Virus record (IMG/VR): IMGVR_UViG_3300028832_000110
Location: 32,001 to 96,000 of that record
From: a virus
Lineage: Duplodnaviria; Caudoviricetes
Strand: one strand, 5' to 3'
Length of the DNA stretch: 64,000 nucleotides
Shown: piece by piece, positions 8,960-20,100 of the stretch
How positions within the stretch are numbered: position 1 is the first letter of the stretch
Layout: each line of letters starts with the position of its first letter
Notes under the pieces: generated by a model
Database searches by the model: none
Told to the model about the DNA's origin: nothing
Seen by the model: the letters and a program-made list of their open reading frames with translations, nothing else
Program-made: the position numbers and the translations under genes

Positions 8960-9493
8960 TTATCCGCGAACGACCACCGTCTTATTCATCAGATTTGCAA
9001 CGGCTTGCAAGAGGTCTGTAACCGAATAGGCGACATTCCCAACCATGTACTGATCTGATTTCTTTACGGCATCGGACGCATTTGAGCGGATTGTCGAGAG
9101 GTCTGCAATAGTGTCCTGCTTGTTACCGAGAGAGGCATTAATCTGTGCTACCCAATATTCTATTGAGGCATCTGTGAACACCTCCCAATCGGAGTTGAGC
9201 GTAGAATCTGAAACAACAAAGGCAATCTTGCCGTTTATCGTATGCACGACGAAAGCACCATTATTCGTTGTCAGCGTTACGGGGAAATTGCTCGTAGCCT
9301 TCTTTGAACGATACAGCACACCGTTAATGCCAATGACAGCATTCTTGACAAACGTACTCGACGGTGTAAGCGAGTTGACATTTACAGGGTGCAGAAATTC
9401 CATCGAAAGTTCAGTCGAAAAACTCTCCTTGAACTCAAGAAGTTCCTGCGCTCTGATGATTCTCTCTGGGTTTGTAAGTTGTATCTCTGCCAT
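8960..9493 (-). CDS. tail fibre-associated protein
   Basis: Tail module; N-terminus LTNPERIIRA.ELLEFK is shared with 9590..10381; contains a KQDTI.DL.TIR motif. Confidence 0.7.
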   Translation of the reverse strand: MAEIQLTNPERIIRAQELLEFKESFSTELSMEFLHPVNVNSLTPSSTFVKNAVIGINGVLYRSKKATSNFPVTLTTNNGAFVVHTINGKIAFVVSDSTLNSDWEVFTDASIEYWVAQINASLGNKQDTIADLSTIRSNASDAVKKSDQYMVGNVAYSVTDLLQAVANLMNKTVVVRG

Positions 9494-9589
9494 AATCTCT
9501 TATCTTCTTTTAAGTTGTTTTTTCTAATCAGTTTCTTTGGTAAAGGCATGAGGGCTTTTTTACTTGCCCTCACGCCTTGTAGAAAGCGA

Positions 9590-10381
9590 TTACTCAGAAG
9601 GGAACATTTCTGCAATGTCCTCAGAGGTGGCATAGGCAACACCGTCCAGCTTCTCTTTGTCAGCAGCAGAAAGCAGACCTGCCTGACCGCCAACGCCAGA
9701 TGTAGAAGGAGTCGCGCTTTGCACGGTCTTCTTGTGCGGAGTGATGACACCCTGCGCGTTCTGGGTGATGCTGTCGATGAAGGTCAGACCGCTACCGTCG
9801 GCTGTTGGGTCTTGAACGGCACTCTGAACGGTCTTGTAACCACTCAGATCAATCTTCACCGAGTAGGCGTTGAACTTATAGGCAACGGTCTTCTCGTAGT
9901 AGCCTGCGCTGCTGATGTCAGCACCTGCCTCCGGCTGATTGTCGAGAGCAGTACCGTTGGCATCGGCATAGTAGGTCTTACCCTCCACAGCCGTTTCGTC
10001 CACTGTTGCAACGTAAACGTCAATAGCGACAACACCAACGTCAGTTCCGGCCTTAACCGTCTCACCTGCGCCCTCAACCCAATCGCTTGTGGTTGTGGCA
10101 TCGGAGGTAAGGTTGTAGACCTTGCCGAGATTACCTTCAACGAGCAGTGCCGATGTCAGCTCATTAGCGGCTTTGTTGCCACCGGGCTTGTAAACGGCAG
10201 AGATTTCGCTACTGATCTTGGTCAGCAGCTCAGCGAGAGCATCTTCTACGGTAGAAGCGTTCAGACCTTGGATAGCCTCAATGGCCTTGCTCTGGAGAAT
10301 AGCCTCCAAATAGCCTTTGAACTCCAGAAGTTCGGCAGCGCGAATAATGCGCTCTGGATTTGTCAGATTAATGTTTGCCAT
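9590..10381 (-). CDS. tail fibre-associated protein
   Basis: GKVYN, IDLSGY and GLLSAADKEKLDG fibre motifs. Confidence 0.75.
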   Translation of the reverse strand: MANINLTNPERIIRAAELLEFKGYLEAILQSKAIEAIQGLNASTVEDALAELLTKISSEISAVYKPGGNKAANELTSALLVEGNLGKVYNLTSDATTTSDWVEGAGETVKAGTDVGVVAIDVYVATVDETAVEGKTYYADANGTALDNQPEAGADISSAGYYEKTVAYKFNAYSVKIDLSGYKTVQSAVQDPTADGSGLTFIDSITQNAQGVITPHKKTVQSATPSTSGVGGQAGLLSAADKEKLDGVAYATSEDIAEMFPSE

Positions 10382-10449
10382 AATCTACTAAAATTTTAAG
10401 TTGTTAATAAAAAAGTGAAATATTGGTTGTGGATTTCTCCACGTCCATT

Positions 10450-10701
10450 TTAGGGTTGTTGATCCGGGAACATTTCAGCGATGTCGGACTGCGATGCAAA
10501 TGAATCGGGATTTATGTCCTCGATTTCGATGCTTCCGTCTTTGATTGCGTCGGAGTCGATGCTGTCATGCTCTGGGATTCCACCATTCGGGAAGACAAAG
10601 AGCTTATCCCAAATTTCAAGGCTCAGAAGATGGAGTTTTCCATCCCTTTCCTCAAAGTGGTATTTTACGCCACCGTTGATGTAGATTTTTTCTTTAGCCA
10701 T
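10450..10701 (-). CDS. small tail-associated protein
   Basis: 83 aa; SIDSDAIKDGSI motif; C-terminal DIAEMFP shared with 9590..10381. Confidence 0.65.
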   Translation of the reverse strand: MAKEKIYINGGVKYHFEERDGKLHLLSLEIWDKLFVFPNGGIPEHDSIDSDAIKDGSIEIEDINPDSFASQSDIAEMFPDQQP

Positions 10702-10722
10702 AATTCTTATTTTTTTATTGTT

Positions 10723-13700
10723 CTACAATGATTTTCCTGCGGCTTGAAGAATCGCACTGAGTTTCTTTCTGTTGATATACAATGTCTTAAATCCTTTATT
10801 AGTTCCATTTGAATCAATACATTGCAGATTGAAGTAGTAAATTGGATCAATCAACGTATCATCGTCAGCAGGATTCGTGCATAGGTTCAGATACCAAACA
10901 TTGCCATAGCCATTTTCATAGCCAATACCACCGACACTTGTTGAAGGATAAGATGAATCCCAATAGAACGCACGTACAGGATTGTATGCGTTTTTTGTGT
11001 AGTAACTATAAGTAGTTCCATCTTTCGACCTATTGAAATCACTATCCTGCATTACATTATATCCGCGATAGTCAAGTTCATCTACCGTTTCGCCATTAAG
11101 CATATTTGATAGCTTAGTAATAATACCAGATGTAGTACGACCAGTTGTTACAACAATACCGCCACCAGAATACACATCAGAATCTCTAAGTTTTGTACTT
11201 GCACTATAACCTGTCTTGATAATCTTTTCATTATACTTTTGAGCATCAGCTATACTTGCGCAATAACTACCCTCAAAATATGCTCCTGCAACAATTTTTG
11301 CCAAGTATTTATAAAGACTACCATTAACAAGGTCATTTGTAAGCTGATTCTTAAACATATAGAGATACAGCATTACAATTTCAGAATCAGTTAGTGATGT
11401 GCAATCCTCAGAACCAGCATCTACGTTATAGAACTTCAACGTCATTGATTCTGCCTGAGATTGGGTGTACTTAATTCCCTCCGGGCCAAGGTTATACAAA
11501 AACTTTCCGTCTTTATCGTAATAGTTCAATATTGCTAACCCATCAGAATTTACACCCATAACAATGTTCGGAAAACTAAATGCACCATAGAAGCTAATAA
11601 TTCCATTATCAATAATAATTTTAGAATTTGAACCAAGGCTCATAATAGCCCCTCTGATATGTGCGTCACTCTGATATGTCTGACCTGTACGAAGGTCAAC
11701 TGCATAATTAGGAATGAATCGGGCATCGGCAGGTTCTATTTCTACTGAAACTATGTGACCTTCCTCTCCATCTTCATTTGTTGCAGCACGTAAGTTCCAA
11801 TTATTGCTTGTACTACCAAGAGTTATAGTTTTGGTAAGTACAACGGCTTCCTCACTCGTTGTTCCTGCAATATAGTATTCATCCTGCGTATTATCTCCAT
11901 TGAATAGACGGACGTGTACCGTATCACTGGCATTTACATAGGCAGTAATCTTAAATGTATAAGTTCCTGCTGTCAGACGGAAATTGTCTGTTATCTTAGT
12001 CCATGCTGTTGTGTAAGCCTTATCAACATCAGGCGCAATAACGGTAAGGTTGAATGGGTCATAGCCCCAAGGATATGCAGGATCGAAGTATGTATATGCA
12101 GCACGTCCATCATATTCGTCAGGACTTTCCACCGTACCACCATAGTAAGTACCATCAATATAACCATGAACTGACAACAACCAGTCGCCCGAAATGATAG
12201 CAGAACCGAAACGTGCAAAGTTCTTTACAAAGATAGCCTCAGTGAGAACCATTCCGAAGTTTTCTATCTTTCTCCACTTAGAAGATGTGCTATCAGAAGG
12301 AATATCACTACTTGTTGCAGAATCGGCATTGAGATACCACCATTCAGTACCATAATAGACAACAGGACATAATGTAGTAGTGCGACTATAAGGTGCTTTT
12401 GCGGGGAACTCTCCTGCGATATAATACATACGCCCCGGATCACCCTTGATACTCGAACCATTCTTTCCATTGGTAGTAATCTGTATGCTTTCACTGGCAA
12501 CGACTTTGCCACCAATAGTAAGATTCACGACAAAGGCTGATTCATCTGAGAAACCAGTACCATTGTAGTACTTGGTGGCAAACGTGTTACCACTAACAAT
12601 AAATCCTTCGCTAATACTATTAACATCTGGTACATTGTCTTGACTCTCAATTCCAGAACTATTTATATCAAGGAAGTACATCGAAAGTTCACTGCGACTT
12701 AATTCAGTGTAAGCACTTGTTGTACTGCCAAAAGTCTTTGTAACCTTACCCTTTATATTTACATAGATTGTATCTGTATTGGGGTCTCGATAGAAAGTGC
12801 TTCCTGCAAGTGAAATCTGATAAGTAATGGCAACTTCACCATCCTTTACACTTAATGCTCCGTTGGCAACGTAGACTCCAAGTTCAACTGGAACGGCTGG
12901 CTCTGCCATATTATTCATTCTGGTAATGCCATTGCCCTTACCGAGATTCTTATATCCGATGAAGAGGAATGGATAACGATTTGAACCAGTATAAGGGATT
13001 TCTCCCATTCCGAAGGTTTGTAGCTTATATATGAGTGAGTTGTTCCAACCAATAGCATCATAAGAAACAAGGCAGACAAAAACATTATCACCAAGACTAT
13101 TAAGTTTGGTTATTAAGTTGCTAATACCAGTACTTCCATCATACGTGTCATACACAACAGCACTATCTACAACCGCAAGAGTTTGGCGGTTAAGCGTTAC
13201 AAGGCATAATCCTCTGCTCTGAGTTGCAAGGTTGTTGCCCCCATTAACTCTTATCTCGCTATTGACAACATTAGTACCCGCACTATCTTTGTTAAAAGCA
13301 GAGCCTTTTAGATAGATGTATTGTGCATCGTCGCCTTTATCACCATTCTCTACGAGTTTGGTTGCCGAACTCCATTCAGACGCATTGATGGTGTCGGTGT
13401 TGGTATTGCTAACGGCAGTTGCATGGCGAACCCAACACGGCTTACCATTACTATTAGGAATCTGTGTACTCCAACCATTCAAAGTGCCACTAAGCGCACC
13501 AGTAGAGAATGTATATGTGCAACCATTTGAGGGTTTGTCGTTGCTACCAATACCATCATCCCTCTTATAGATGACAACTGGAGCACTATTCATACCATCG
13601 GCAACGTACTCCACTGGAGTTGACCACTCGTTAGCAGAGATTTCGTCGGTATCGGTGGTACTCCTTGCAGTAGCCATTATCACATACAACTTAGTTCCTG

Positions 13701-14460
13701 CTTCTGCTGCGGGTATCGTCTGACTCCAACTATTGAATCCAGAACCACTAAGCGCACCAGTAGAGAATGTGTAGGTAAGTTTGTCAGTAGGACGGTCTGA
13801 GTCTGTAAGGGCTGTGGCAGAACGTCTATAAAGAGGTACAACGGCAGAGTTGACACCATCCTCAATCATCTTAACGGCATTGCCGCTACTATCTCCACTC
13901 CACTCAGAACTATTAATAGTATCGGTGGTTGTGTTACTAACAGCGGTAGCTTGACGTACCCAAAGCGGATTGCCGTCGGTTGCAGGGATCGTCTTTGACC
14001 ATCCGTTAAGCGTACCAGAAAGTGAGCCGTCGGCAAATGTATAGACAACGCCATTAGCGGGTCTGTCACTATTATTCGGCTGTGTGGCACTACGCTTATA
14101 GATAAGTACGGTAGCACTATTCATACCATCGGCAACGTACTCCACTGGAGTTGACCACTCGTTAGCAGAGATTTCGTCGTATAAGTCCTTACTACGTGCC
14201 GTGGCCATAGTGACATATAGTTTCGTTCCAGAAGAAACGGCAGGCATGGTCTGGCTCCATTCATTGAAGCCAGTGCCAGTGAGATTATTCGTTGCAAATG
14301 AATAAGTCAACGTTCCATTCGGACGGTCACTATTCGTCAACGGCGTAGCAGAACGGCGATAAAGGGGAACTACGCAAGTGTTGTAGCCGTCAACCCCATT
14401 GTTGCCGTCCTCTCCGTCATTGACGGTGGTCATGCTTATCGGTGCGCAAATGATACCCAT
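10723..14460 (-). CDS. large tail fibre protein with four N-terminal repeats of about 90 aa and an ILEI/GG-like domain
   Basis: Repeats of Y(K/R)RSAT...RP...TY(S/T)F..G.L.G...WS.T(I/M)P; RGLCLVTL...YDTY...VSYDA...FIG resembles the GG/ILEI domain; Ser/Thr/Gly-rich. Confidence 0.75.
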   Translation of the reverse strand: MGIICAPISMTTVNDGEDGNNGVDGYNTCVVPLYRRSATPLTNSDRPNGTLTYSFATNNLTGTGFNEWSQTMPAVSSGTKLYVTMATARSKDLYDEISANEWSTPVEYVADGMNSATVLIYKRSATQPNNSDRPANGVVYTFADGSLSGTLNGWSKTIPATDGNPLWVRQATAVSNTTTDTINSSEWSGDSSGNAVKMIEDGVNSAVVPLYRRSATALTDSDRPTDKLTYTFSTGALSGSGFNSWSQTIPAAEAGTKLYVIMATARSTTDTDEISANEWSTPVEYVADGMNSAPVVIYKRDDGIGSNDKPSNGCTYTFSTGALSGTLNGWSTQIPNSNGKPCWVRHATAVSNTNTDTINASEWSSATKLVENGDKGDDAQYIYLKGSAFNKDSAGTNVVNSEIRVNGGNNLATQSRGLCLVTLNRQTLAVVDSAVVYDTYDGSTGISNLITKLNSLGDNVFVCLVSYDAIGWNNSLIYKLQTFGMGEIPYTGSNRYPFLFIGYKNLGKGNGITRMNNMAEPAVPVELGVYVANGALSVKDGEVAITYQISLAGSTFYRDPNTDTIYVNIKGKVTKTFGSTTSAYTELSRSELSMYFLDINSSGIESQDNVPDVNSISEGFIVSGNTFATKYYNGTGFSDESAFVVNLTIGGKVVASESIQITTNGKNGSSIKGDPGRMYYIAGEFPAKAPYSRTTTLCPVVYYGTEWWYLNADSATSSDIPSDSTSSKWRKIENFGMVLTEAIFVKNFARFGSAIISGDWLLSVHGYIDGTYYGGTVESPDEYDGRAAYTYFDPAYPWGYDPFNLTVIAPDVDKAYTTAWTKITDNFRLTAGTYTFKITAYVNASDTVHVRLFNGDNTQDEYYIAGTTSEEAVVLTKTITLGSTSNNWNLRAATNEDGEEGHIVSVEIEPADARFIPNYAVDLRTGQTYQSDAHIRGAIMSLGSNSKIIIDNGIISFYGAFSFPNIVMGVNSDGLAILNYYDKDGKFLYNLGPEGIKYTQSQAESMTLKFYNVDAGSEDCTSLTDSEIVMLYLYMFKNQLTNDLVNGSLYKYLAKIVAGAYFEGSYCASIADAQKYNEKIIKTGYSASTKLRDSDVYSGGGIVVTTGRTTSGIITKLSNMLNGETVDELDYRGYNVMQDSDFNRSKDGTTYSYYTKNAYNPVRAFYWDSSYPSTSVGGIGYENGYGNVWYLNLCTNPADDDTLIDPIYYFNLQCIDSNGTNKGFKTLYINRKKLSAILQAAGKSL
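13582..14179. repeat. 67-bp perfect direct repeat (13582-13648 and 14113-14179) inside the tail fibre gene
   Basis: AGCACTATTCATACCATCGG...GAGATTTCGTCG is identical in both copies; a second 26-bp repeat lies at 13487-13512 and 13745-13770. Confidence 0.85.
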
Positions 14461-14469
14461 ATATTCTCT

Positions 14470-15693
14470 TTAAATAGTTGCTCTTACGATACCACTGATA
14501 TTCTTTCCTGCATTGTGAATGTCGGCAAAGCAGCAGGTAAAACCGCCTCGCGTCCATGCCTGACCGCTACCAGTCTTGCTAATGTCACACCATCCATCAC
14601 TCCACTTTCCCGCTACGTTCAAAGGCGAACCAGACTCAGAAGTGAAGTCGCTTGATGTCATAGCCGAACCGTTGGCTTTCTTTGGCATGAACTCAAATTT
14701 CTTGACAGTCTTGATGTCTTCGGCATCGGTGTTGGTGGCAATGAATATATCCCACGTCACCTTCTGACCTTTGTGAAGCGAGACTGGAGCACCATTGATT
14801 TTTGCCGATGTGCCTCCGAGCGTGTAGTAGACATACATTACCTGCTCGTCGCCTTGGTCATCAATAGTCTCAGTAATCGTCAACACGTCATTCCACTGCG
14901 TCGCATCGTTTTCATCCTTGACTTGGAAGGTACAGGTAACGGTGGCAATATCCAACACACCGCTTTCGTCGTCGCCGCTGACATGGAGAATGTCGTTGGT
15001 CTTACCAGTGCCAGACGATGACATATAGATTGGGTCATTGGGATTGGTGGAGGTAACGGTAGTGCCGTTGAACTTCCACACGCACTTGTATTCGCTGACT
15101 CCGACACCTGCTGAATATAGGTTGGCAACACAACGTATGCTTTGGTCATCGGAAAGGATGACACTGCCATCTGGGAAGTCAATGCCTCCGAAATATCCAT
15201 TGCTCGAAACCTCGCCCAACTGAACGGTAACACCTGCTGAGAAAGGAATAGGATCGCCAGACATTTCGACATTTCCATCAATGCGGATAACGTCATTGTT
15301 CAATGCACCTGCCAAAGCCAGGTTATACACTATCTTCAATGCAGGCATCGAAATTCCATTCCATGTCGCCGTTGTGCGTTGGAACAATGAGTGTGTTCCA
15401 GATTTGGCATTGGTGGAATAACCTTCGCTGTCAAATGTAATTTCCGTATTATTCCAGTACCATTTGACGGCATTTTGTGTCTCAGCACTCCATCCAGTAG
15501 GTGCAATAGGAGTTGCACCATCAAGAAGGGTAAGGTAGATAGTTGGGCCTGCGCCTGCTGACCAATCTGGAGAAAAAGTTCCATTCTCCTTGTTGTAGCC
15601 TTGCGATAAAGACTTATTGGCTACCAGTGAGCCGTGAATAGTCGTACCATCGTCGATAGACGACATGAATATTTGATTACTTACATATCCCAT
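14470..15693 (-). CDS. minor tail structural protein (Ig-like beta domains)
   Basis: 407 aa, beta-rich; FSPDWS, KWYWN and CVWKFNG; tail module position. Confidence 0.65.
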   Translation of the reverse strand: MGYVSNQIFMSSIDDGTTIHGSLVANKSLSQGYNKENGTFSPDWSAGAGPTIYLTLLDGATPIAPTGWSAETQNAVKWYWNNTEITFDSEGYSTNAKSGTHSLFQRTTATWNGISMPALKIVYNLALAGALNNDVIRIDGNVEMSGDPIPFSAGVTVQLGEVSSNGYFGGIDFPDGSVILSDDQSIRCVANLYSAGVGVSEYKCVWKFNGTTVTSTNPNDPIYMSSSGTGKTNDILHVSGDDESGVLDIATVTCTFQVKDENDATQWNDVLTITETIDDQGDEQVMYVYYTLGGTSAKINGAPVSLHKGQKVTWDIFIATNTDAEDIKTVKKFEFMPKKANGSAMTSSDFTSESGSPLNVAGKWSDGWCDISKTGSGQAWTRGGFTCCFADIHNAGKNISGIVRATI

Positions 15694-15696
15694 AGC

Positions 15697-15993
15697 TTAT
15701 TCCTCCGTATTATTTTCTGTTACACTTTCGGGGTTATTTTCTTTCTTGATACCGCCACTACCGCCAATCTCATGTCCGTTTCTGGCAATAAGTTCTTTGG
15801 CTGTGGCAGCAGCGATTTCTACAACATCTGGCTCACGCACGTCAATTTGTTTGAGCTGACCGCTATTGATAGCACTTCTGATGTCGGACTCAGACAACAC
15901 GTATCTTTCGCCCTCGATTTTATAGCGGCATTGTGTGAGGCTGCATTTGCCTGCGATTTCCGCACTGACTGAATAGTGTTTATTCGTTCTCAT
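15697..15993 (-). CDS. hypothetical tail-module protein
   Basis: 98-aa ORF packed between tail genes. Confidence 0.65.
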   Translation of the reverse strand: MRTNKHYSVSAEIAGKCSLTQCRYKIEGERYVLSESDIRSAINSGQLKQIDVREPDVVEIAAATAKELIARNGHEIGGSGGIKKENNPESVTENNTEE

Positions 15994-16003
15994 ATCTCAC
16001 CAA

Positions 16004-17191
16004 TTAGAATTTACGTCCAGTTACGATTTTACCGCTATGCGTCACAACCTTACCGCCATGAGTTACGGCAACCATAGCACCGAGAATCTTTCCCTCTGGC
16101 ACAACGTTTACTGGATATTGGTTGCCTATAACCTCGCTTTCTGGAATTGTGATAGAAGCACCAGTGCCAAGGTATCGGCTAATTTTTACTCCAGTATCTG
16201 GATTGATTTTCTCCAGAGTCCATTCCGTGACAATTCTCTCGTTGGCAATTTCTTCTGGAATGTCAAAGCCGTTTTGACGATAAAGAACTTTATAAGTGTG
16301 ACTCACCATGTCTGCGCGGGCTGTGTCGCCATTAATGCTATAAGCGCGTCCGCGAAGTCGGCGCGTATCCCAAGAAACGTTTGCCCTTGCCTTTACGAAT
16401 GGAACATTGGGTGCTGTGGCAGTAGTAGAGTCTGCCATCTTAACATATAGTTCAATGCCATCCGATTCATAGTCGGCATTGAGCGTGATGGTACTACCGT
16501 TGCTGCTAAGACTCACCAAAGCCAAAAGCGGGTTGTTACTGTCATCAACGGCAACGAGACTGCCATTATAGAGATAGTACCAGAAGAATTTGCAGGTACT
16601 TGATACATCGTCACCGCCTTGCATGGCTTTTGCCGTAAACGACACAATAGGCGATATGTTGGAAAGTGGTCGCCAGTAAATGCGATCACCAGTTGCATTG
16701 CCGTTATACAAGCCGCTTATCTTGATTGAGTATGCGGATTCTGCCACGTCATCGGTTGTGACGGTCACTGATTCTTCTATGGTTTCGGGTGATCCTTTGC
16801 GGCTGTCTATGTAAGTCACTGAGCAACGAAGGGTAAGACCATTGCCATAGGGAACGTTCTTACGCATTATCAATGAGCCGTCTGCACCAACAGAGAAATC
16901 GGCAGAGGTATCGTCGGCAGTATAAGCCGTAGTAGTGCCGTTCTTATCCGTGACATACCAAGTCACTGAGGAATAGGTGGGCTTATACGTCTGCTTGCTG
17001 TCTGGGTCGTAAACAGATACGTCAGGACGTAAGATAAGGGGAGTAATCTCGTGATCGGGTTCATAGGCTTGCTCCGTTCTGTAATAGAATTGGCGCAAAC
17101 CGATATTTCCTACGTCAACGAGACTAATCGTCGCGTTTAACGGCGTGAAGAGGGTGCTTACCCCAAGTCCTTGTGATTTTACTTTCTTCAT
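16004..17191 (-). CDS. minor tail structural protein
   Basis: 395 aa, beta-rich; QFY...YEPD....PLILRP motif seen in Bacteroidota phage tail proteins. Confidence 0.65.
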   Translation of the reverse strand: MKKVKSQGLGVSTLFTPLNATISLVDVGNIGLRQFYYRTEQAYEPDHEITPLILRPDVSVYDPDSKQTYKPTYSSVTWYVTDKNGTTTAYTADDTSADFSVGADGSLIMRKNVPYGNGLTLRCSVTYIDSRKGSPETIEESVTVTTDDVAESAYSIKISGLYNGNATGDRIYWRPLSNISPIVSFTAKAMQGGDDVSSTCKFFWYYLYNGSLVAVDDSNNPLLALVSLSSNGSTITLNADYESDGIELYVKMADSTTATAPNVPFVKARANVSWDTRRLRGRAYSINGDTARADMVSHTYKVLYRQNGFDIPEEIANERIVTEWTLEKINPDTGVKISRYLGTGASITIPESEVIGNQYPVNVVPEGKILGAMVAVTHGGKVVTHSGKIVTGRKF

Positions 17192-17197
17192 ATCTCG

Positions 17198-20100
17198 TTA
17201 AAATGTTATTTCTGCACTTATTTCCGTATCTATGTTGGCAGCATAAGCCAAACATTCAAATTTAGCAGGATTTTGAGCACTCCAACCAGTAGGCATATCA
17301 GCAGCCGTAATGGTGATATTGCGTTGCTTATGCGTCTGACCCCATGCCTTGTCTTCAGTACCGTCAGCAAGGTATCGCTTCCACTGCCATGAAGTCACTT
17401 TGCTCGAAATGTCTTCCATGCCCCAAATAACCTTTGGAACAATGGGGATATTGATATTTGTCTTTCGGGTAGTGATGTATTCACCGTATGGCGTTCCATC
17501 TGGGCGATAGAATTTCAGACTGAATGTAGTGTTTCCACTTATGATTTGCCAGTCCGTACAACCGAATGTCGGCTCCTGGGTTGTTCCGTCAACAAGACAT
17601 TCCCATAAAATGCCATAGTTCCAGACACGGCTAATCTCCAAATCCACCTTAAACTCCAACATCATCTTCTTATGCAAATCCGCGTCAGACAAAGAAGAAT
17701 ATGCGGGATCGTCACGATATTGCCTCCACGTAGCTTTCGTGTAGGTTTTGAAGTGATATGGGTCAAAGATTTGCTGACCATTGTAATCAGTAGTTGGCTG
17801 TGGAACGGTACTATCAGGAGCAACCCACTGACCTCTATCCTCTTTGACAACCTTCGCAGGATAATTTGCATTGTGCTGATGGTCGTAGAATACGGTGTTG
17901 ACGTACAGCGACGGCATATTGACATTCCAAATCGGTTTACCTTGCGCATCGTGTGGAAGGTTGGCTAAGTCTGGCAATATACCAAGACAAAGAGCATAGT
18001 TGTTATCGTCGATAATGGGCTTGTCTACGTTCCAGAAGAAACTCAGTCTCTTATCGGTTGTAGATAATACCCATGACTGCTGCCTACCCAACTGGCTCTG
18101 CTTAACGGAATCGCTATAAGAAGTCGGATCATCGCCATTCTCCAAACCATCGGCGACATTGCCGTGCCTTGTCAGAGTGACAATTTTCTCATAGCCATCT
18201 GGGAATAGTTCATAGTCTTCAAGCAATGCAGCCGTGTAATCCTCGTCAATCTCAGTACCGAGGAATGTGAAGTTTTTGGCTCCTGGCACTATTGGGTCGC
18301 CATTCAGCTTAACACCATTATAAGGAGCAACCTTTATAGTGTTGTTTTCAAGGTCTACGCTTATGACTTTCACATAGCAAGTAAAGTATGTGCCATGATC
18401 AAGTAAGTCGTTTATCTTTGCATAGAGAATATCACCGGGATAGAAAGGCGTATGGTCGTTATCATGCTCTTTGTGCATTGTCAAAACCAAACGCTGACCT
18501 CCATCTGAGAAATCAACGCGCTCTGTGGTGTCACCCTCAGTAAAGGAATAATCACTTTCCATCAACTGCAAGCGGTTGATGATAAGTTCCATGACGCGAA
18601 GGAATCCACGAACATTCATGCCATCGGCCTCAATGAGTCCTTCTTTGGCATTCATGTAGATACCAGTTCCGTCCAAGAAACCAGAACGCGCACCTTCACT
18701 CTTCAGCTCATTGGAGAAAATCAGATTCTTTACTTTCAGCAAGTCCTCTACATTCAGAGTACCCTTTACCAATCCTCTAACAATGAGATCAATGAAGTCC
18801 GCTGTACCGTCTGGGGCAACAGAAGCTCCTTTGTCTTTATCGCTTCCTTCCAATGGGTGCTCACGGTAGAATTCACCAAACCATGCTGCATACAAAGACT
18901 TCAATCCCTTTTCAAAAGTGATACGTCCTGCTGCAATATCGTCTGTTAGTCTCGAAATAAAGTATTCAGAGCCATATTGTCTGATGAACCCCTTTATTTG
19001 TGCTACGCTATATCCACCACCTCCACCAAACACATAGGAAGAAAGACTATTCACCTGCTGCTGAACACGCTGCAACATACCCACCTGCTTGTCATTCCTC
19101 AGAACGATTTCATAGGTCGGTATGCCCTTATTGCCATTCTCCTTAATAGTAATATTATCAATGAATACGCTACCGTCAACATTCAAGTCCTCGTCATTGA
19201 AGAGCATGAGCATACCAGCTTTCAACGTGTCATGCAGACTGATAACCGTTGCAGGTGAATTCATCGCTCTCTCATGCTGACGCGCCATAAATATTTCATC
19301 TATCTTTGGCAGATAGGTGAAGCGGGTGTAGTTATTATTCAATAGCCAGTATATTGACTTGCGAAGCATCTTAACGCTTGCAGCCCATATATAGCTGCTG
19401 TCAGAAATGTCAATATCCAGAAGCACAAAATGGTCGCCAGTGCGAATCTGGTATGCTTCATTGGCTCTTGCAGCCTCACCTCTTGCGGCATGGCTTGAAT
19501 ATGGGAACCAGAGGTCAAGGGCTTCATCATGGCAACGGTCAACATTGAGAATCCATCCCGTACCATCTGCCACAACGCTCTTTACATTGAAATTCCTTGC
19601 ACCGCAATAGCCGTCTTTCATTGAGATAGTAAGGCTACCGCTGTTATCAACCGCTGATTCAAGGTCAAAGCCTATGTCTTTGAGTTTGATCTTGAACGGC
19701 TCAATTTCGTCCTCTCCGACAAAAACGCCATTGTCCTGAATGACATCTGCACCGCGAACTTCATCAATACGTTCCTCAGACGATGTGCCATAGACATCGC
19801 CAACGGTCATACCTTCGATGCTTGGGTACACCTCCTGCAAGCCGTTATCGTCGTTTTCCTCATTGAATTGGATATTACCTTCTTTGATGCCTATCAAATC
19901 GGCATTGCCACTGACGATATAGGGTTTGAGGCGTTCATTGGAGAAACGGATAATATGCTCACCCTCTATGCTCATAAAGGCATCACCCCATGCGTCGGAT
20001 GGTGTCTTTCTGATATAGACATAGGTGATACCCTCCGCAATAACGGTCTTACACAACTCAGCTAACGAATACTTTGGAAATCCCGGTAGCATTAGCATAT

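Noticed and set aside
9389-10399. Long antisense ORFs (also 33506-34528, 37833-38846, 43557-44507 and many within the tape measure)
   Set aside because: Shadow ORFs opposite codon-biased genes, with no recognisable motifs or leaders.
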